This document shows positions 1-9,985 of a DNA stretch of 24,000 nt, piece after piece. Each line of letters opens with the position of its first letter. Position 1 is the first letter of the stretch. Source of the stretch: Clostridia bacterium (lineage in GTDB: Bacteria; Bacillota; Clostridia; Christensenellales; UBA1242); assembly GCA_017478185.1 (NCBI GenBank), contig JAFVEA010000009.1, positions 235,858 through 259,857 on the forward strand. The letters are read 5' to 3'. Position numbers and translations under genes: made by a program. Under the pieces are notes generated by a model, which did not search any database, had not been told where the DNA came from, and saw nothing but the letters and a program-made list of their open reading frames with translations.

Positions 1-74
1 TAAGTGAAGAAAATGGTTTTGCATACAAAAATTTAAGCAAAAAAGCAAAAATTTCTTTAGGGCTTGAAATATAA
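1..74 (+). CDS. 3' end of an upstream ORF entering from the left edge (...SEENGFAYKNLSKKAKISLGLEI*). By operon position it could be the V-ATPase subunit that precedes subunit A
   Basis: The frame is open from base 3 to the TAA at 72-74, directly upstream of the ntpA Shine-Dalgarno (SD) sequence. Identity rests on synteny only. Confidence 0.35.
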   Translation, partial: SEENGFAYKNLSKKAKISLGLEI

Positions 75-85
75 TAGGAGGAGAA

Positions 86-1849
86 ATGCAAGGAAAAATA
101 ATCAAAGTTTCAGGAGCGCTTGTTGTGGCCGAAAATATTATGGACGCAAAGCTTTTTGATGTTTGTTTGGTGTCTGAAAAAGAACTTGTTGGTGAAATTA
201 TTGAAATACATGGCAATAAGGTTTCAATTGAAGTTTATGAAAACACCGATGGCTTGAAAGTTGGGGATATTGTTAAAAACACCCAAAAGCCACTATCCAT
301 TCAGCTTGGCCCAGGGCTTATTGGCAATGTTTTTGATGGCATTGGGAGGTCACTAAACGACATTTATGAAAGCTGTGGTGACCGCATAAAAACTGGGGTT
401 AAAGTGCAAACACTTTCTAGTGACAAAAAATGGGAGTTTGTTGCTCAAAAAAAAGTTGGTGAAAGTGTTTTTGCGGGAGATGTTTTGGGTTATGTTCAAG
501 AAAGCGGAATAATACAGCATAAAATTATGGTTCCAAACAATGTTTCCGGAAAATTAACAAGCATAAAATCAGGAGAGTTTTCTGTTTTGGATGTTGTGGC
601 AAAAATAAAAACTTCAAACGGAGTGGAAGATGTTTGTTTAAGTTCTTTTTGGCCAATAAGAATAAAAAGGCCTTTCAAAAAGAAAATTGAAATCACAAAA
701 CCATTAACAACAGGGCAAAGAGTTATCGACACATTTTTCCCGTTAGCTTGTGGTGGGGTTGCTGCTATTCCGGGGCCATTTGGAAGCGGAAAAACTGTTG
801 TTCAGCATCAAATTGCCAAGTGGAGTGATGCTGATGTTGTGGTTTATGTTGGGTGCGGAGAGCGTGGCAATGAAATGACTGACGTCTTGCAAGAATTTCC
901 AACGCTTTTAGACCCTAAAACAAAAAAATCACTTATGGAAAAAACAATTTTAATTGCAAACACTTCAGATATGCCAGTGGCTGCCAGAGAAGCCAGCATC
1001 TACACTGGAATAACCATAGCAGAATATTATAGGGATATGGGCTATAATGTTATTGTTATGGCAGATTCAACTTCAAGGTGGGCAGAGGCTTTGCGTGAGA
1101 TGAGTGGAAGGCTGGAAGAAATTCCAGGAGAAGAGGGTTATCCAGCCTATTTGGGAAGTAGGCTTGCAAGCTTTTATGAAAGGGCGGGGAATGTTCAAAC
1201 TTTAGGGCAAGAAACAAGAGTTGGTTCAGTTTCTTGTGTTGGTGCCGTTTCTCCTCAAGGAGGCGACCTTAGTGAGCCAGTGTCTCAGGCAACTCTTAGA
1301 ATTGTTAAAGTGTTTTGGGGGCTTTCTTCAAGCTTGGCTTATAAAAGGCACTTTCCAGCAATAGATTGGCTGATTAGTTATTCTGGTTATGTTACAAACT
1401 TAAAGTCATATTATGCTCAAAATTTATCTTATGAGTTTTTGGATAGAAAAAATCTTTTAATGAAAATTTTGCAAGAAGAAAAAGAACTTGATGATGTTGT
1501 GTCTTTAATGGGATTTGATGTTTTGGGAGATAAAGATAAAACCACTTTGGATGTTGCAAAAATTATTAGAGAAGATTATTTGCATCAAAACGCTTTTGAT
1601 GAAATAGACACTTATACCTCACTAAAAAAACAAGACAAAATGCTTAAATGTGTTTGTGAGTTTGCTTGTCAGGCTAAAGAGGCAATAGAAAAAGGCGCCA
1701 CATATGAGCAGATTATCGACCTTCCTTCACGAGCGCTAATTGGAACAATGAAATACACAAAAGAAGAAGAATTAGAAAAAATAGATGATATCATAAGCGC
1801 CATAAAGTCTGATTTTTTAATGCTTAACAAAAAGGAGGAAAAGGAGTGA
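86..1849 (+). CDS. ntpA: V-type ATP synthase catalytic subunit A
   Basis: 587 aa. Walker [10 protein letters not shown], then GERGNEMTD and the [27 protein letters not shown] block typical of A/V-type A subunits. Strong SD AGGAGG before the ATG. Confidence 0.95.
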   Translation: MQGKIIKVSGALVVAENIMDAKLFDVCLVSEKELVGEIIEIHGNKVSIEVYENTDGLKVGDIVKNTQKPLSIQLGPGLIGNVFDGIGRSLNDIYESCGDRIKTGVKVQTLSSDKKWEFVAQKKVGESVFAGDVLGYVQESGIIQHKIMVPNNVSGKLTSIKSGEFSVLDVVAKIKTSNGVEDVCLSSFWPIRIKRPFKKKIEITKPLTTGQRVIDTFFPLACGGVAAIPGPFGSGKTVVQHQIAKWSDADVVVYVGCGERGNEMTDVLQEFPTLLDPKTKKSLMEKTILIANTSDMPVAAREASIYTGITIAEYYRDMGYNVIVMADSTSRWAEALREMSGRLEEIPGEEGYPAYLGSRLASFYERAGNVQTLGQETRVGSVSCVGAVSPQGGDLSEPVSQATLRIVKVFWGLSSSLAYKRHFPAIDWLISYSGYVTNLKSYYAQNLSYEFLDRKNLLMKILQEEKELDDVVSLMGFDVLGDKDKTTLDVAKIIREDYLHQNAFDEIDTYTSLKKQDKMLKCVCEFACQAKEAIEKGATYEQIIDLPSRALIGTMKYTKEEELEKIDDIISAIKSDFLMLNKKEEKE

Positions 1850-3219
1850 TAAAATATTATAAAACCATAAAAGAGGCCAGTGGTTCAATTATTCTTGTTA
1901 GTGACATAAAAGGCGCTATGGTTGGCGAGCTTGTGACAATTGTTGAAAAAAATGGTGGTGTTAGATATGGAAAAGTTCTTGAAATTTATGATGAAACAGC
2001 AGTTGTTGAACTTTTTGATTCGGCAAACAGCCTAAATTTGCAAGAAAGCAAAATAAGATTTTTGGGCAAAGGGCTTGAAGTTGGTGTTTCAAAAGATATG
2101 CTTGGAAGAGTTTTTAATGGTTTGGGCAAGGTAAGTGATGGCGGACCAGAAATTATTCCAGATAAATTTATTGATGTAAATCAAGGACCAATAAATCCAG
2201 TGGCAAGAGATTATCCAAACGAGTTTATTCAAACAGGTATTTCAGCAATTGATGGCTTAAACACTTTGGTTAGAGGGCAAAAATTGCCAATTTTTTCCGC
2301 AAGCGGACTTCCACACTCTCATCTTGCCTCACAAATTGTTAGGCAATCAAAAGTTTTGGGTGAAAATGAACAATTTGCCATAGTTTTTGTTGCTATGGGC
2401 ATATCAAATGATGATGCAAGTTATTTTTTAGAAGATTTCAAAAAAACTGGTGCAATAAAAAACACTGTTTCTGTTATAAATCTTGCCAGCGACTCAAGTG
2501 TTGAACGAATTTCAGCTCCACGAATTGGACTAACTATTGCTGAATATTTGGCTTTTGAGCTTGATATGCAAGTTCTTGTTGTTATGACCGATATAACAAA
2601 TTATGCTGAATCATTAAGAGAAATTTCAAGCGCAAGAGATGAAATTCCAGCACGAAGGGCATACCCTGGATATATGTATACAGATTTTGCCAGCTTATAT
2701 GAAAGAGCGGGAAGAGTTAAGGGGAAAAGGGGTAGCATAACGCAAATTCCAATTTTAACAATGCCGGATGACGATAAAACTCACCCAATTCCAGATTTAA
2801 CTGGATATATAACTGAAGGGCAAATTATGCTTTCAAGGGATTTATACAAAAAAGGCATATATCCGCCAATTGATGTTTTGTCTTCACTTTCAAGGCTAAA
2901 AGACAAAGGCATTGGGCAAGACAAAACAAAAAGTTATCATAGCGACCTTTTAAATCAACTTTTTTATGCTTATTCAAGAGGAAAAAATGCAAAAAATCTT
3001 TCAATAATTTTGGGTGAAAATGCAATTTCAACCATGGATAAAAAATACGCTAAATTTTCTGATAATTTTGAAAATCAGTTCATAAATCAAGGAGAATATG
3101 AAAACAAAAGCATCGAAAACACGTTAAAAACTGGTTGGAAACTTTTAAAAGATTTTCCTAGGGGCGAATTAAAAAGAATAAAAGACAAAAATTTAAACAT
3201 TTTGTTGGAGGAAGATTAA
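1846..3219 (+). CDS. ntpB: V-type ATP synthase subunit B
   Basis: 457 aa. N-terminus [10 protein letters not shown] and the block [42 protein letters not shown] are typical of V-type B subunits. GTG start overlaps the ntpA TGA (GTGA), preceded by GGAGG. Confidence 0.95.
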   Translation: MIKYYKTIKEASGSIILVSDIKGAMVGELVTIVEKNGGVRYGKVLEIYDETAVVELFDSANSLNLQESKIRFLGKGLEVGVSKDMLGRVFNGLGKVSDGGPEIIPDKFIDVNQGPINPVARDYPNEFIQTGISAIDGLNTLVRGQKLPIFSASGLPHSHLASQIVRQSKVLGENEQFAIVFVAMGISNDDASYFLEDFKKTGAIKNTVSVINLASDSSVERISAPRIGLTIAEYLAFELDMQVLVVMTDITNYAESLREISSARDEIPARRAYPGYMYTDFASLYERAGRVKGKRGSITQIPILTMPDDDKTHPIPDLTGYITEGQIMLSRDLYKKGIYPPIDVLSSLSRLKDKGIGQDKTKSYHSDLLNQLFYAYSRGKNAKNLSIILGENAISTMDKKYAKFSDNFENQFINQGEYENKSIENTLKTGWKLLKDFPRGELKRIKDKNLNILLEED

Positions 3220-3220
3220 T

Positions 3221-3847
3221 TTGGAAAACACAAACATAAATCCAAACAGAATGGAGCTTAGAAAAGTTCGTGAAAAAGTGAAAGTGGCATTAAAAGGTCA
3301 CGGGCTTTTAAAAGATAAAACAAGTGGACTTATAAAAATCTTTTATAGAGTTTTAAAAGAAACAAGAGATAAAAGGCAAGAGGTTGAAAAAGAATTTAAA
3401 AGTATATTAAAAGATTTTCAAAATGTTATGATGAATTTAAGTGAAGAAGAAGTGGCCTTGCTTTTAACCATTTCGAGTGAGCAAATTTCACTAAAATTTG
3501 ATGAAATATCAAATATGGGAGCAATATGCCCAAACAATGAAATTGAAGGAAAAATATCAAAAAAAACAGCTTATTCTCCACTTTCATCAAGTTTTCAGTT
3601 TGATTTGGTTACAAAAAGATTTTTAGATTTGTTTCCAAAAATAATAGAGCTTTCAAACACAGAAAAAAGCGCTTATGTTTTGGCGGATGAAATAGAAAAA
3701 TGCAAGCGAAGAACAAAGGCTTTAGAAAATGTTTTGATTCCTCAATATGAGTCGCAAATAAAAAGAATTGAACAAAAACTTTCAAACAATGAATTAGAAA
3801 ACACGGCAAGGTTAAAAACAATCAAAAACAAGAAAAAATCAAATTAA
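3221..3847 (+). CDS. ntpD: V-type ATP synthase subunit D
   Basis: 208 aa. N-terminus NINPNRMELRKV...ALKGHGLLKDK is the typical subunit D signature. TTG start 10 nt after GGAGG. Position follows A and B. Confidence 0.9.
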   Translation: MENTNINPNRMELRKVREKVKVALKGHGLLKDKTSGLIKIFYRVLKETRDKRQEVEKEFKSILKDFQNVMMNLSEEEVALLLTISSEQISLKFDEISNMGAICPNNEIEGKISKKTAYSPLSSSFQFDLVTKRFLDLFPKIIELSNTEKSAYVLADEIEKCKRRTKALENVLIPQYESQIKRIEQKLSNNELENTARLKTIKNKKKSN

Positions 3848-3857
3848 AATTAAAAAG

Positions 3858-3879
3858 CTTAGTTTAACTAAGTTTTTTT
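3858..3879 (+). terminator. Rho-independent terminator of the V-ATPase operon
   Basis: CTTAGTT / AACTAAG stem followed by T7, 10 nt after the ntpD stop. Confidence 0.7.
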
Positions 3880-3910
3880 GTTATAAATTTAAGACATTTT
3901 AAAAGCTTTA

Positions 3911-3919
3911 TGTTATAAT
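3911..3919 (+). promoter_or_regulatory. Extended -10 element (TGTTATAAT) upstream of the ABM remnant
   Basis: TGnTATAAT match read directly from the sequence. No convincing -35 identified. Confidence 0.35.
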
Positions 3920-4030
3920 GAGCTAAGTTTTTAAACAAAAAAATAGTAGTTTTAAGAAAACTGGAAAAGATATGATGAATTAGAGAGTTTTTTAAAAAAT
4001 TAAAACATAAAAAATTTTATGGGAGTTTGT

Positions 4031-4213
4031 ATGAGTATAACTTTTAACATTTATTACACAGGCAAAAACAACAACGCAAAAAAATTTGCTAAAGAAATGC
4101 TTTCAAGTGGAATTGTTGATAAAATCAGGGCAGAAAAAGGGAACCAAAAATATGAATATTTTTATCCAGCAGAAGATGAGCAAACTGTTTTTGTTAGGTT
4201 TTCTTTAATTTAG
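4031..4213 (+). pseudogene. Truncated antibiotic-biosynthesis-monooxygenase (ABM)-type gene, N-terminal two thirds only
   Basis: MSITFNIYYTGKNNNAKKFAKEMLSSGIVDKIRAEKGNQKYEYFYPAEDEQTV matches, from memory, the N-terminal part of roughly 95-aa clostridial ABM proteins. The frame ends after 60 aa with unrelated residues (FVRFSLI*), where the family normally continues into a DSW..QEALD.HH segment. GGGAG SD sits 5 nt before the ATG at 4031. Confidence 0.5.
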
Positions 4214-4225
4214 TTTGTTAATAAG

Positions 4226-4254
4226 TTGTTGTTTTTAATTTTTTATGATATATT
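4226..4254 (+). promoter_or_regulatory. Sigma-A-type promoter of the three-gene cassette
   Basis: -35 TTGTTG (4226-4231), 17-nt spacer, extended -10 TGATATATT (4246-4254), about 20 nt upstream of the ATG at 4274. Confidence 0.45.
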
Positions 4255-4273
4255 AAAAACAAAGGAGAAAAAT

Positions 4274-4798
4274 ATGGAATCAAATCAAAGGAAGCTGTTA
4301 AGCAATTTTTTAATTAGTGGAACAGCGGTTATTGTGTTTTCACTTTTAGATGCGATAAAACTTGTTATTTATTTTGTTGTGGATCCAATGTGGCGTTTTG
4401 TGATTGAAGATATTTTTAACACAAATCAAGAGCTTGCGTGGATAAACTTTTTGCTAATTTTTGGTTTCACTATTATTGAAGCTATTTTGGGCTGTTTTGT
4501 TGGATTTTCAGCTAGAGCCGAGGCAAGAGGAAAAAGGCGTAATATTTTTTATGTGGTTGTTGCAATAATTACAGCTGTGGTTTTGGGAATTAGCTCGATT
4601 TTCGCGATAATTCAAGCATTTTTATATGAAATATCAGCATTATCAATTATTGAGGCATTTATTTCTGCAGGATTTAGTTTTGTTGTTGTTTATGCTCTTG
4701 TTGATATTATAATTTGCTCCTTAAAAATTAGGAAGTTAAAAAAACAGGATAATGGCTCTAAAAATGATAACAAACAAAAAAACGAGGAGGTGATGTAG
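4274..4798 (+). CDS. Hypothetical integral membrane protein (about 4 TM helices, Lys/Asn/Asp-rich C-terminal tail)
   Basis: ATG at 4274 follows AAAGGAGAAA. The track start at 4226 lies inside the promoter. Four long hydrophobic segments. The stop is 2 nt before the next gene's start. I recognise no family. Confidence 0.75.
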   Translation: MESNQRKLLSNFLISGTAVIVFSLLDAIKLVIYFVVDPMWRFVIEDIFNTNQELAWINFLLIFGFTIIEAILGCFVGFSARAEARGKRRNIFYVVVAIITAVVLGISSIFAIIQAFLYEISALSIIEAFISAGFSFVVVYALVDIIICSLKIRKLKKQDNGSKNDNKQKNEEVM

Positions 4799-4800
4799 TA

Positions 4801-5958
4801 GTGCAAGAAGATTTCCATTATTATGCAACTTATTGTGCGGCATATATAGCAGGTTATAATCATGAGGATTGTTTAAAAATTTGTTATGGCGCTCAACTTG
4901 TTGATTTGTGTTCAAAAACTTTTTTAACAAAAATTGGCGGACCAACACAAGCTGCAACAACGCAACTTTCACTTGAAATGATGGACATAAGAAAAGATGT
5001 TTTAGGACTTCAAGAAATAACTCGTATTTGGGCTTCTTTTCATTTTTTGCCATATGACCTAAATAGGACGCCAGATAAAAAGGTTCCCAAAAAATATTTG
5101 TATAAATATCGCCTTATTTGTGACACAAACAGTGACCTTTTGGTTGATACAATAAATTTAGCAAAAGACAAAGGGCTAGAGGCAATTGGGCTTTCAGTTC
5201 ATATTTTGGCAGACACTTGGGCACATCGTTATTTTGCTGGCACTCCTTCTTTGGTTATAAACAGTCCAAGCGGGTTTGTGGAACTTGTTGAGGGCAAAAA
5301 TGGCCTAGAAGAAAGAAAATTAAAGTTTAGAAACAGTCCTTTTAAGCCAGATGACCTCAAAAAGAATATTTTCACATGCAGTATGCTTCAAGCAGATGAA
5401 AATGCCATAATGAATCTTGGGCATGGCAGAGCTGGGCATTTGCCTGATTATGGTTTTATGCGCTATAAATATATGCCCGCATGGAAAAATTATGAAGAAA
5501 TAATAAAAGATAACCCAAAAGATTATTATAATGCTTTTTGCCAAATGGTTTATGCATTCAAGTTTTTTAGGGGTGAGATAAAATCATTTAAAAAGAATAC
5601 ATATGCTTTTGAAGATGTTGAAAAATATAAAGAAAGGATAAATAATATTTTAAAAGTAAGAAGGCTTAGTATGAGCGAAGATTGGAAGGCTTTTGGAGAG
5701 ATGCTTTCTAATGAAAAAATAGAAAGCTTTAAACTGTTTAAGTATGAAAAAGAATATGTTCAATCTAGTGAAAAAAGCAATACATATTTGGGAAGATTTA
5801 TTTTGGCTGCCCTTGCTCAAAAAAGTATGGTAACAAACAGAATTTATAAATCAAAAAATCCACTTGCTGGGATTTCTGTTGATTATGAAAAAAACGGGTT
5901 AAAGGGTATGAAAGAATACTTTGCTCTTTTAAAAACAATTAAAGGAGGCGAAAAATGA
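4801..5958 (+). CDS. Hypothetical His-rich soluble protein, possible metal-dependent hydrolase (zinc phospholipase C / P1-nuclease-like motif pattern)
   Basis: 385 aa. GTG start 10 nt after GAGGAGG. Conserved-looking motifs: DFHYYATY at the N-terminus, WASFHFLP, HILADTWAHRYFAG, LGHGRAGHLPDYG. The pattern resembles a widespread uncharacterised family (I believe Pfam DUF6765; this is from memory and unverified). Confidence 0.8.
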   Translation: MQEDFHYYATYCAAYIAGYNHEDCLKICYGAQLVDLCSKTFLTKIGGPTQAATTQLSLEMMDIRKDVLGLQEITRIWASFHFLPYDLNRTPDKKVPKKYLYKYRLICDTNSDLLVDTINLAKDKGLEAIGLSVHILADTWAHRYFAGTPSLVINSPSGFVELVEGKNGLEERKLKFRNSPFKPDDLKKNIFTCSMLQADENAIMNLGHGRAGHLPDYGFMRYKYMPAWKNYEEIIKDNPKDYYNAFCQMVYAFKFFRGEIKSFKKNTYAFEDVEKYKERINNILKVRRLSMSEDWKAFGEMLSNEKIESFKLFKYEKEYVQSSEKSNTYLGRFILAALAQKSMVTNRIYKSKNPLAGISVDYEKNGLKGMKEYFALLKTIKGGEK

Positions 5959-6485
5959 ACACTTTGAAAAAAACTTTTAGTATCATTTGGGCTTTGCTTG
6001 TTTTGATGATTTCATACTTTATGATAACTGACCCAGAAGTTGGGCATGTTGTTATTGTTTTTGTTATTGGTTTTGGACTTATTTTAAAAGGCATAAAGTA
6101 TTTATATTTTTATTTTAAAATGGCAAAATATATGGTTGGTGGAAAAGGCATATTTTATTATGGAATTATATACTTAAACTTGGGAATATTCACCTCAACT
6201 TTGTTTGATATTCAGCATATTTATATAATGATTTATTTGCTTGGAATGTATCTATTTTGGGGATTTATATCAATTATGCGTGCTCTAGAAATGAAAAAAA
6301 TGGAATCACACTGGAAAATGAAAATGATTGAAGGTGTTGGATATTTTGTTATTGCCGTTTTGGGGATTGTTTTTATAAATTCTGTTATGGCAGCGTCAAT
6401 TATTTATTGTGTTGGCTTAATGTATTCTGCAGTTATGAGGATTATTGCAAATTTTCGCCAAACTGCCATTGTTTATATACAATAA
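5955..6485 (+). CDS. Hypothetical integral membrane protein (5-6 TM helices; loosely HdeD/DUF308-like)
   Basis: 176 aa. ATGA overlap with the upstream gene, strong SD AAAGGAGG. Almost entirely hydrophobic helices. Confidence 0.8.
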   Translation: MNTLKKTFSIIWALLVLMISYFMITDPEVGHVVIVFVIGFGLILKGIKYLYFYFKMAKYMVGGKGIFYYGIIYLNLGIFTSTLFDIQHIYIMIYLLGMYLFWGFISIMRALEMKKMESHWKMKMIEGVGYFVIAVLGIVFINSVMAASIIYCVGLMYSAVMRIIANFRQTAIVYIQ

Positions 6486-6644
6486 AATTAAAAATTTATA
6501 AAAAATTTATGATTTTTAAAACAACTTCAAAAAGTGTTTTAGAAGGTTTATCTAAAGAAATAGAATTTAATTTTTCAGTTTTAAAATCAGTTAATGAATT
6601 AAGTTTTTAAGGTTAAATTTTATTATAATTCATTCATTTAGACA

Positions 6645-6674
6645 AAAAAGAACTTTGTGGTTCTTTTTATTTTT
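6645..6674 (+). terminator. Rho-independent terminator closing the cassette
   Basis: AAAAAGAAC / GTTCTTTTT 9-bp stem, TTTGTG loop, followed by a T-rich tail. Confidence 0.75.
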
Positions 6675-6795
6675 ATATGTTTTTAAAGTTAATGGGCTAT
6701 AGGTGCATACTTTTTTATATCTAAAAATTGATGTGTTAATTTTTTGTTCTAACAAAAGTGGCTTGTCCATATATTAGTTAGGGGAGAAAAAAGTT

Positions 6796-7710
6796 ATGTT
6801 AGAAGGAATTTTGCCAGATAGAATTTCACGGGCATTAAATGAACTCAATCCAAAAGGTTTAAGAGAAATAAGAATAAGAGTTAAAATGCCAATTATGATA
6901 GACTATGGAACAAACTTTTATTTGGGTGAAAACGGCATTGTTGACAGTTCGGAATATGCTTTAAGTTGTTCATTTGAAGAAATGCAAGACATTGTTTTTA
7001 AGGCTTGTGAATGTTCTGTTTATGCTCACAACGAAGAACTTAAGCTTGGATTTGTAACTTTAACAAATGGGCAGAGAATTGGAATATGCGGTGAAGTTAT
7101 AACTGAAAATGGCATAATAAAAACGATAAAAAATTTTTCTTCCATAAACATAAGAATTCCTCATCAAGTTGCAAATTGTTCACTAAAAGCTCTTCCTTAT
7201 CTTTTTGATGATAATGGAGTTTTTAACACTTTGATAATAGCTCCGCCGGGGGCGGGAAAAACCACTTTTTTGCGAGATTTGTGTTTTCAGCTTTCAAACA
7301 AAAATATTGAAAAAAACTTACTTTTAATTGATGAGCGAAATGAAATTGCAAATTTGGTTAACGGAAAGCCTTCGTTTTTTGTTGGAAATGTTGATGTTTA
7401 TTCTTATGCAAGCAAAAAATTTGGATTAGAAAACGGAATAAGAACACTTTGCCCGTCTGCTGTTTTGATGGATGAGCTTGGAAAAGAAGAAGATATTTTG
7501 GCTTTAAATTATGCAATAGGTTCTGGGGTAAAAATAATTGCAACAGCACACGCCACAAACTTAAATGATTTGTTTTTAAAACCTTCTTTTAAAAACTTGC
7601 TATCTTTAAGGGTTTTTAAAAGATTTGTTGTTTTGTCTAACAGAAATGGAACGGGAACTTTTGAAGGGGTTTTTAATGCCGACAAAATTTGTGTGAGCGA
7701 AAGGATTTAA
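6796..7710 (+). CDS. spoIIIAA: Stage III sporulation protein AA (AAA-type ATPase)
   Basis: 304 aa. Walker A APPGAGKTT and Walker B AVLMDELG. GGGGAG SD. First gene of an eight-gene spoIIIA-like operon. Confidence 0.9.
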   Translation: MLEGILPDRISRALNELNPKGLREIRIRVKMPIMIDYGTNFYLGENGIVDSSEYALSCSFEEMQDIVFKACECSVYAHNEELKLGFVTLTNGQRIGICGEVITENGIIKTIKNFSSINIRIPHQVANCSLKALPYLFDDNGVFNTLIIAPPGAGKTTFLRDLCFQLSNKNIEKNLLLIDERNEIANLVNGKPSFFVGNVDVYSYASKKFGLENGIRTLCPSAVLMDELGKEEDILALNYAIGSGVKIIATAHATNLNDLFLKPSFKNLLSLRVFKRFVVLSNRNGTGTFEGVFNADKICVSERI

Positions 7711-7711
7711 A

Positions 7712-8179
7712 ATGAAGCTTTTTGTTGTTATTTTAATAAGTTTGTTTATTATTTTGATAGGATATCTTTATTTTAGAAAAACGCACAAAAAAATACAGTT
7801 TTATAATGATTTTTTAAGTTTTTGCGAAGAAATTGAAACAGAAATAGGCTTTTTTCAAAATAATATAAAAAACATTTTAGATAAACAAAATTATAAATCC
7901 AGTTTTCAAGAATTATTAAATAACTTTAAAAACAAAACACTTCAAAAGTTTTTAAATGAGCAAAATTTTTTAACGCAAAATGAGCAAACAGAGATATTTT
8001 TGTTTTTTCAAAAACTGGGCAGAGCAAACAGTGAAACAGAGATAAAAGAAATACAAAATTATAAAGAAAAATTAAAGAATAAAATAAACAATTTAACAAA
8101 TTTTGAATTTAAAAAAAGCAAACTAAAATTTAATCTTACAATTTGTTTTTCGATGTTTGTTTTTATTATTTTGTTGTAG
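7712..8179 (+). CDS. spoIIIAB: Stage III sporulation protein AB
   Basis: 155 aa, with an N-terminal and a C-terminal TM segment. Called from size and its position between AA and AC. Confidence 0.8.
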   Translation: MKLFVVILISLFIILIGYLYFRKTHKKIQFYNDFLSFCEEIETEIGFFQNNIKNILDKQNYKSSFQELLNNFKNKTLQKFLNEQNFLTQNEQTEIFLFFQKLGRANSETEIKEIQNYKEKLKNKINNLTNFEFKKSKLKFNLTICFSMFVFIILL

Positions 8180-8186
8180 GTGAAAA

Positions 8187-8384
8187 ATGGATGTTGAAGT
8201 AATTTTAAAAATTGCTGGAATTGGAGTTTTGGTTTCTGTTATTTGCCAAATTTTAAAACAATCTGGCAAAGAAGAAATTGCAACTTTGGTGAGCTTATCA
8301 GGACTAATTGTTGTTCTTGCGATGATTGTTGATATGATAAGTGGTTTGTTTGAAAGTGTTGGACATCTTTTTTATTTGTTTTAA
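8187..8384 (+). CDS. spoIIIAC: Stage III sporulation protein AC
   Basis: 65 aa, two TM helices. ILKIAGIGVLVSVICQILKQSGKEE matches the typical SpoIIIAC N-terminus. Confidence 0.9.
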   Translation: MDVEVILKIAGIGVLVSVICQILKQSGKEEIATLVSLSGLIVVLAMIVDMISGLFESVGHLFYLF

Positions 8385-8399
8385 CGGTGGTGAAAAGTT

Positions 8400-8789
8400 T
8401 TGGAAATCATCTTTAAGATTATTGGAATAAGTTTAATAACAACAATAAGCATATTGTTAATAAAGCCAACAAAGCCCGACATAGCAATGATTGTGGGTTT
8501 AGCGGGTGGTGTTTTTGTCTTTTTTTACATAATAGACCTAATTGAGGATGTTTTTGGGCTTTTTAATTATATTATGGAAATAACAAATCTTGATTCAAAA
8601 CTTTTTACCATTTTAATCAAAATGATTGGAGTTGGTTATATAACTGAATTTAGTGCCAATTTATGCAAAGATAGCGGAAACTTAGCGATGGCAGGCAAGC
8701 TTCTTTTGGCAGGCAAACTTGTTATTTTTGTTATGGCAATTCCAATAATAACCTCACTAATTGAGTTAATTGTGAGTATAATGCCATGA
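8400..8789 (+). CDS. spoIIIAD: Stage III sporulation protein AD
   Basis: 129 aa. TTG start after GGTGGTGA. MEIIFKIIGISLI... and GYITEFSANLCKDSGNLAMAGKL are typical SpoIIIAD features. Confidence 0.9.
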   Translation: MEIIFKIIGISLITTISILLIKPTKPDIAMIVGLAGGVFVFFYIIDLIEDVFGLFNYIMEITNLDSKLFTILIKMIGVGYITEFSANLCKDSGNLAMAGKLLLAGKLVIFVMAIPIITSLIELIVSIMP

Positions 8790-9985
8790 AAAGTAAGATT
8801 ATTTTTGTTTTTTTGCTGTTTTTAATGATTTTTTGGGTGCCAACAGCTTCAACTGTTTTTGCCACTGAAAATGATGAAGAAAAGCAAGAAGACATACAAA
8901 AAGAATTGGAAGATGCCACTTTTGAGCAGCTAAATAGCGTTGACTTTTCAAAGCTTCAAGATATTTTAAATGATTTGGATGAAAACAGTAAAAAAGCGTT
9001 TGGTTCTAATAGTTTTTTAGACAAAACACAAAAAATTTTAAATGGTGATTTTCAAAATGATTATCAAAGTTTTTTTGGTGCTTTGTTTTCCACTTTTTTT
9101 AGTGATATTTTAAAGTTTTTGCCTCTTTTAATAACAATAGTTATAATAACTGTTTTATGCAATATTATAGGAAGTTTTAAAAGCAGTGTTTCACAAAATG
9201 GAGTGTCTCAAATAATAAATTTTGTTTGCTTTGGTGTTGCTTCTTTAATTATTATTTCAGTTGTTGTGTCACTTTTTGGAACGGTTAAAAGCTCGTTAAA
9301 AACAATGCAGACAGAAATGAACATAATTTTTCCTATTTTGTTAACTTGCCTTGCAAGCGTTGGAGGGAGCGTTTCAGTTGGAATATTTCAGCCAGTTGTG
9401 GCAATACTCGCTAACATTGTTGTTAATGTTTTTGTGTTTGTTGTTATGCCAATTTTTGTTTTTATGTTTGTTTTAAACATAATCAACAATTTTTCAGATT
9501 CAATAAAACTAAACAAATTAATTTCTTTTTTGTCTAGTGCACTGAAATGGATTTGTGGAATTTCGTTTAGCGTGTTTTTAGGAGCTATATCTCTTCAGGG
9601 GATTGTTGCGGGGAGTTTTGACAGTGTTTCAATAAAAGCCACAAAATTTGCATTAAAAAGTTATGTGCCAATTTTGGGAGGTTATTTATCTGACGGGTTT
9701 AATATTGCAATGGCAGGAAGTGTTTTAATAAAAAACGCAGTGGGGGTTTCTGGAATTTTGCTTATTTGCTCAAGTGTTATAATTCCAATTATAAGCATAA
9801 TTTGTTTTATGCTTTTGTTAAAATTAACAGCGGGGATTTTAGAGCCAATAGGTGATAGCACTATACCCAATTTTTTGTATCAAGTTTCAAAAACTTTAAG
9901 CCTTTTAATTATGATTGTTTTGGGTGTTTTGTTTATGTTTGTGATAACTGTTGGATTAATTTTATGTATGGCAAACATAGTTTAA
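8786..9985 (+). CDS. spoIIIAE: Stage III sporulation protein AE
   Basis: 399 aa. Signal-like N-terminus, then a polytopic membrane domain. ATGA overlap with AD. Size and position fit. Confidence 0.9.
   Translation: MKSKIIFVFLLFLMIFWVPTASTVFATENDEEKQEDIQKELEDATFEQLNSVDFSKLQDILNDLDENSKKAFGSNSFLDKTQKILNGDFQNDYQSFFGALFSTFFSDILKFLPLLITIVIITVLCNIIGSFKSSVSQNGVSQIINFVCFGVASLIIISVVVSLFGTVKSSLKTMQTEMNIIFPILLTCLASVGGSVSVGIFQPVVAILANIVVNVFVFVVMPIFVFMFVLNIINNFSDSIKLNKLISFLSSALKWICGISFSVFLGAISLQGIVAGSFDSVSIKATKFALKSYVPILGGYLSDGFNIAMAGSVLIKNAVGVSGILLICSSVIIPIISIICFMLLLKLTAGILEPIGDSTIPNFLYQVSKTLSLLIMIVLGVLFMFVITVGLILCMANIV

Noticed and set aside
6407-6610. 67-aa ORF overlapping the end of the 5955-6485 gene, plus an internal 33-codon ATG ORF at 6509.
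   Set aside because: It is out of frame and overlaps a well-supported gene. There is no SD and no recognisable similarity, including to the missing ABM C-terminus.
6700-6780. SigE-type promoter for spoIIIA (GCATACTT at 6705-6712; CATATATT at 6768-6775), and similar CATA-type -10 guesses upstream of spoIIM and the DD-carboxypeptidase gene.
   Set aside because: The -10-like words exist, but I could not find a matching -35 at the correct spacing, and such words are frequent in this composition. The evidence is not strong enough to report as features.
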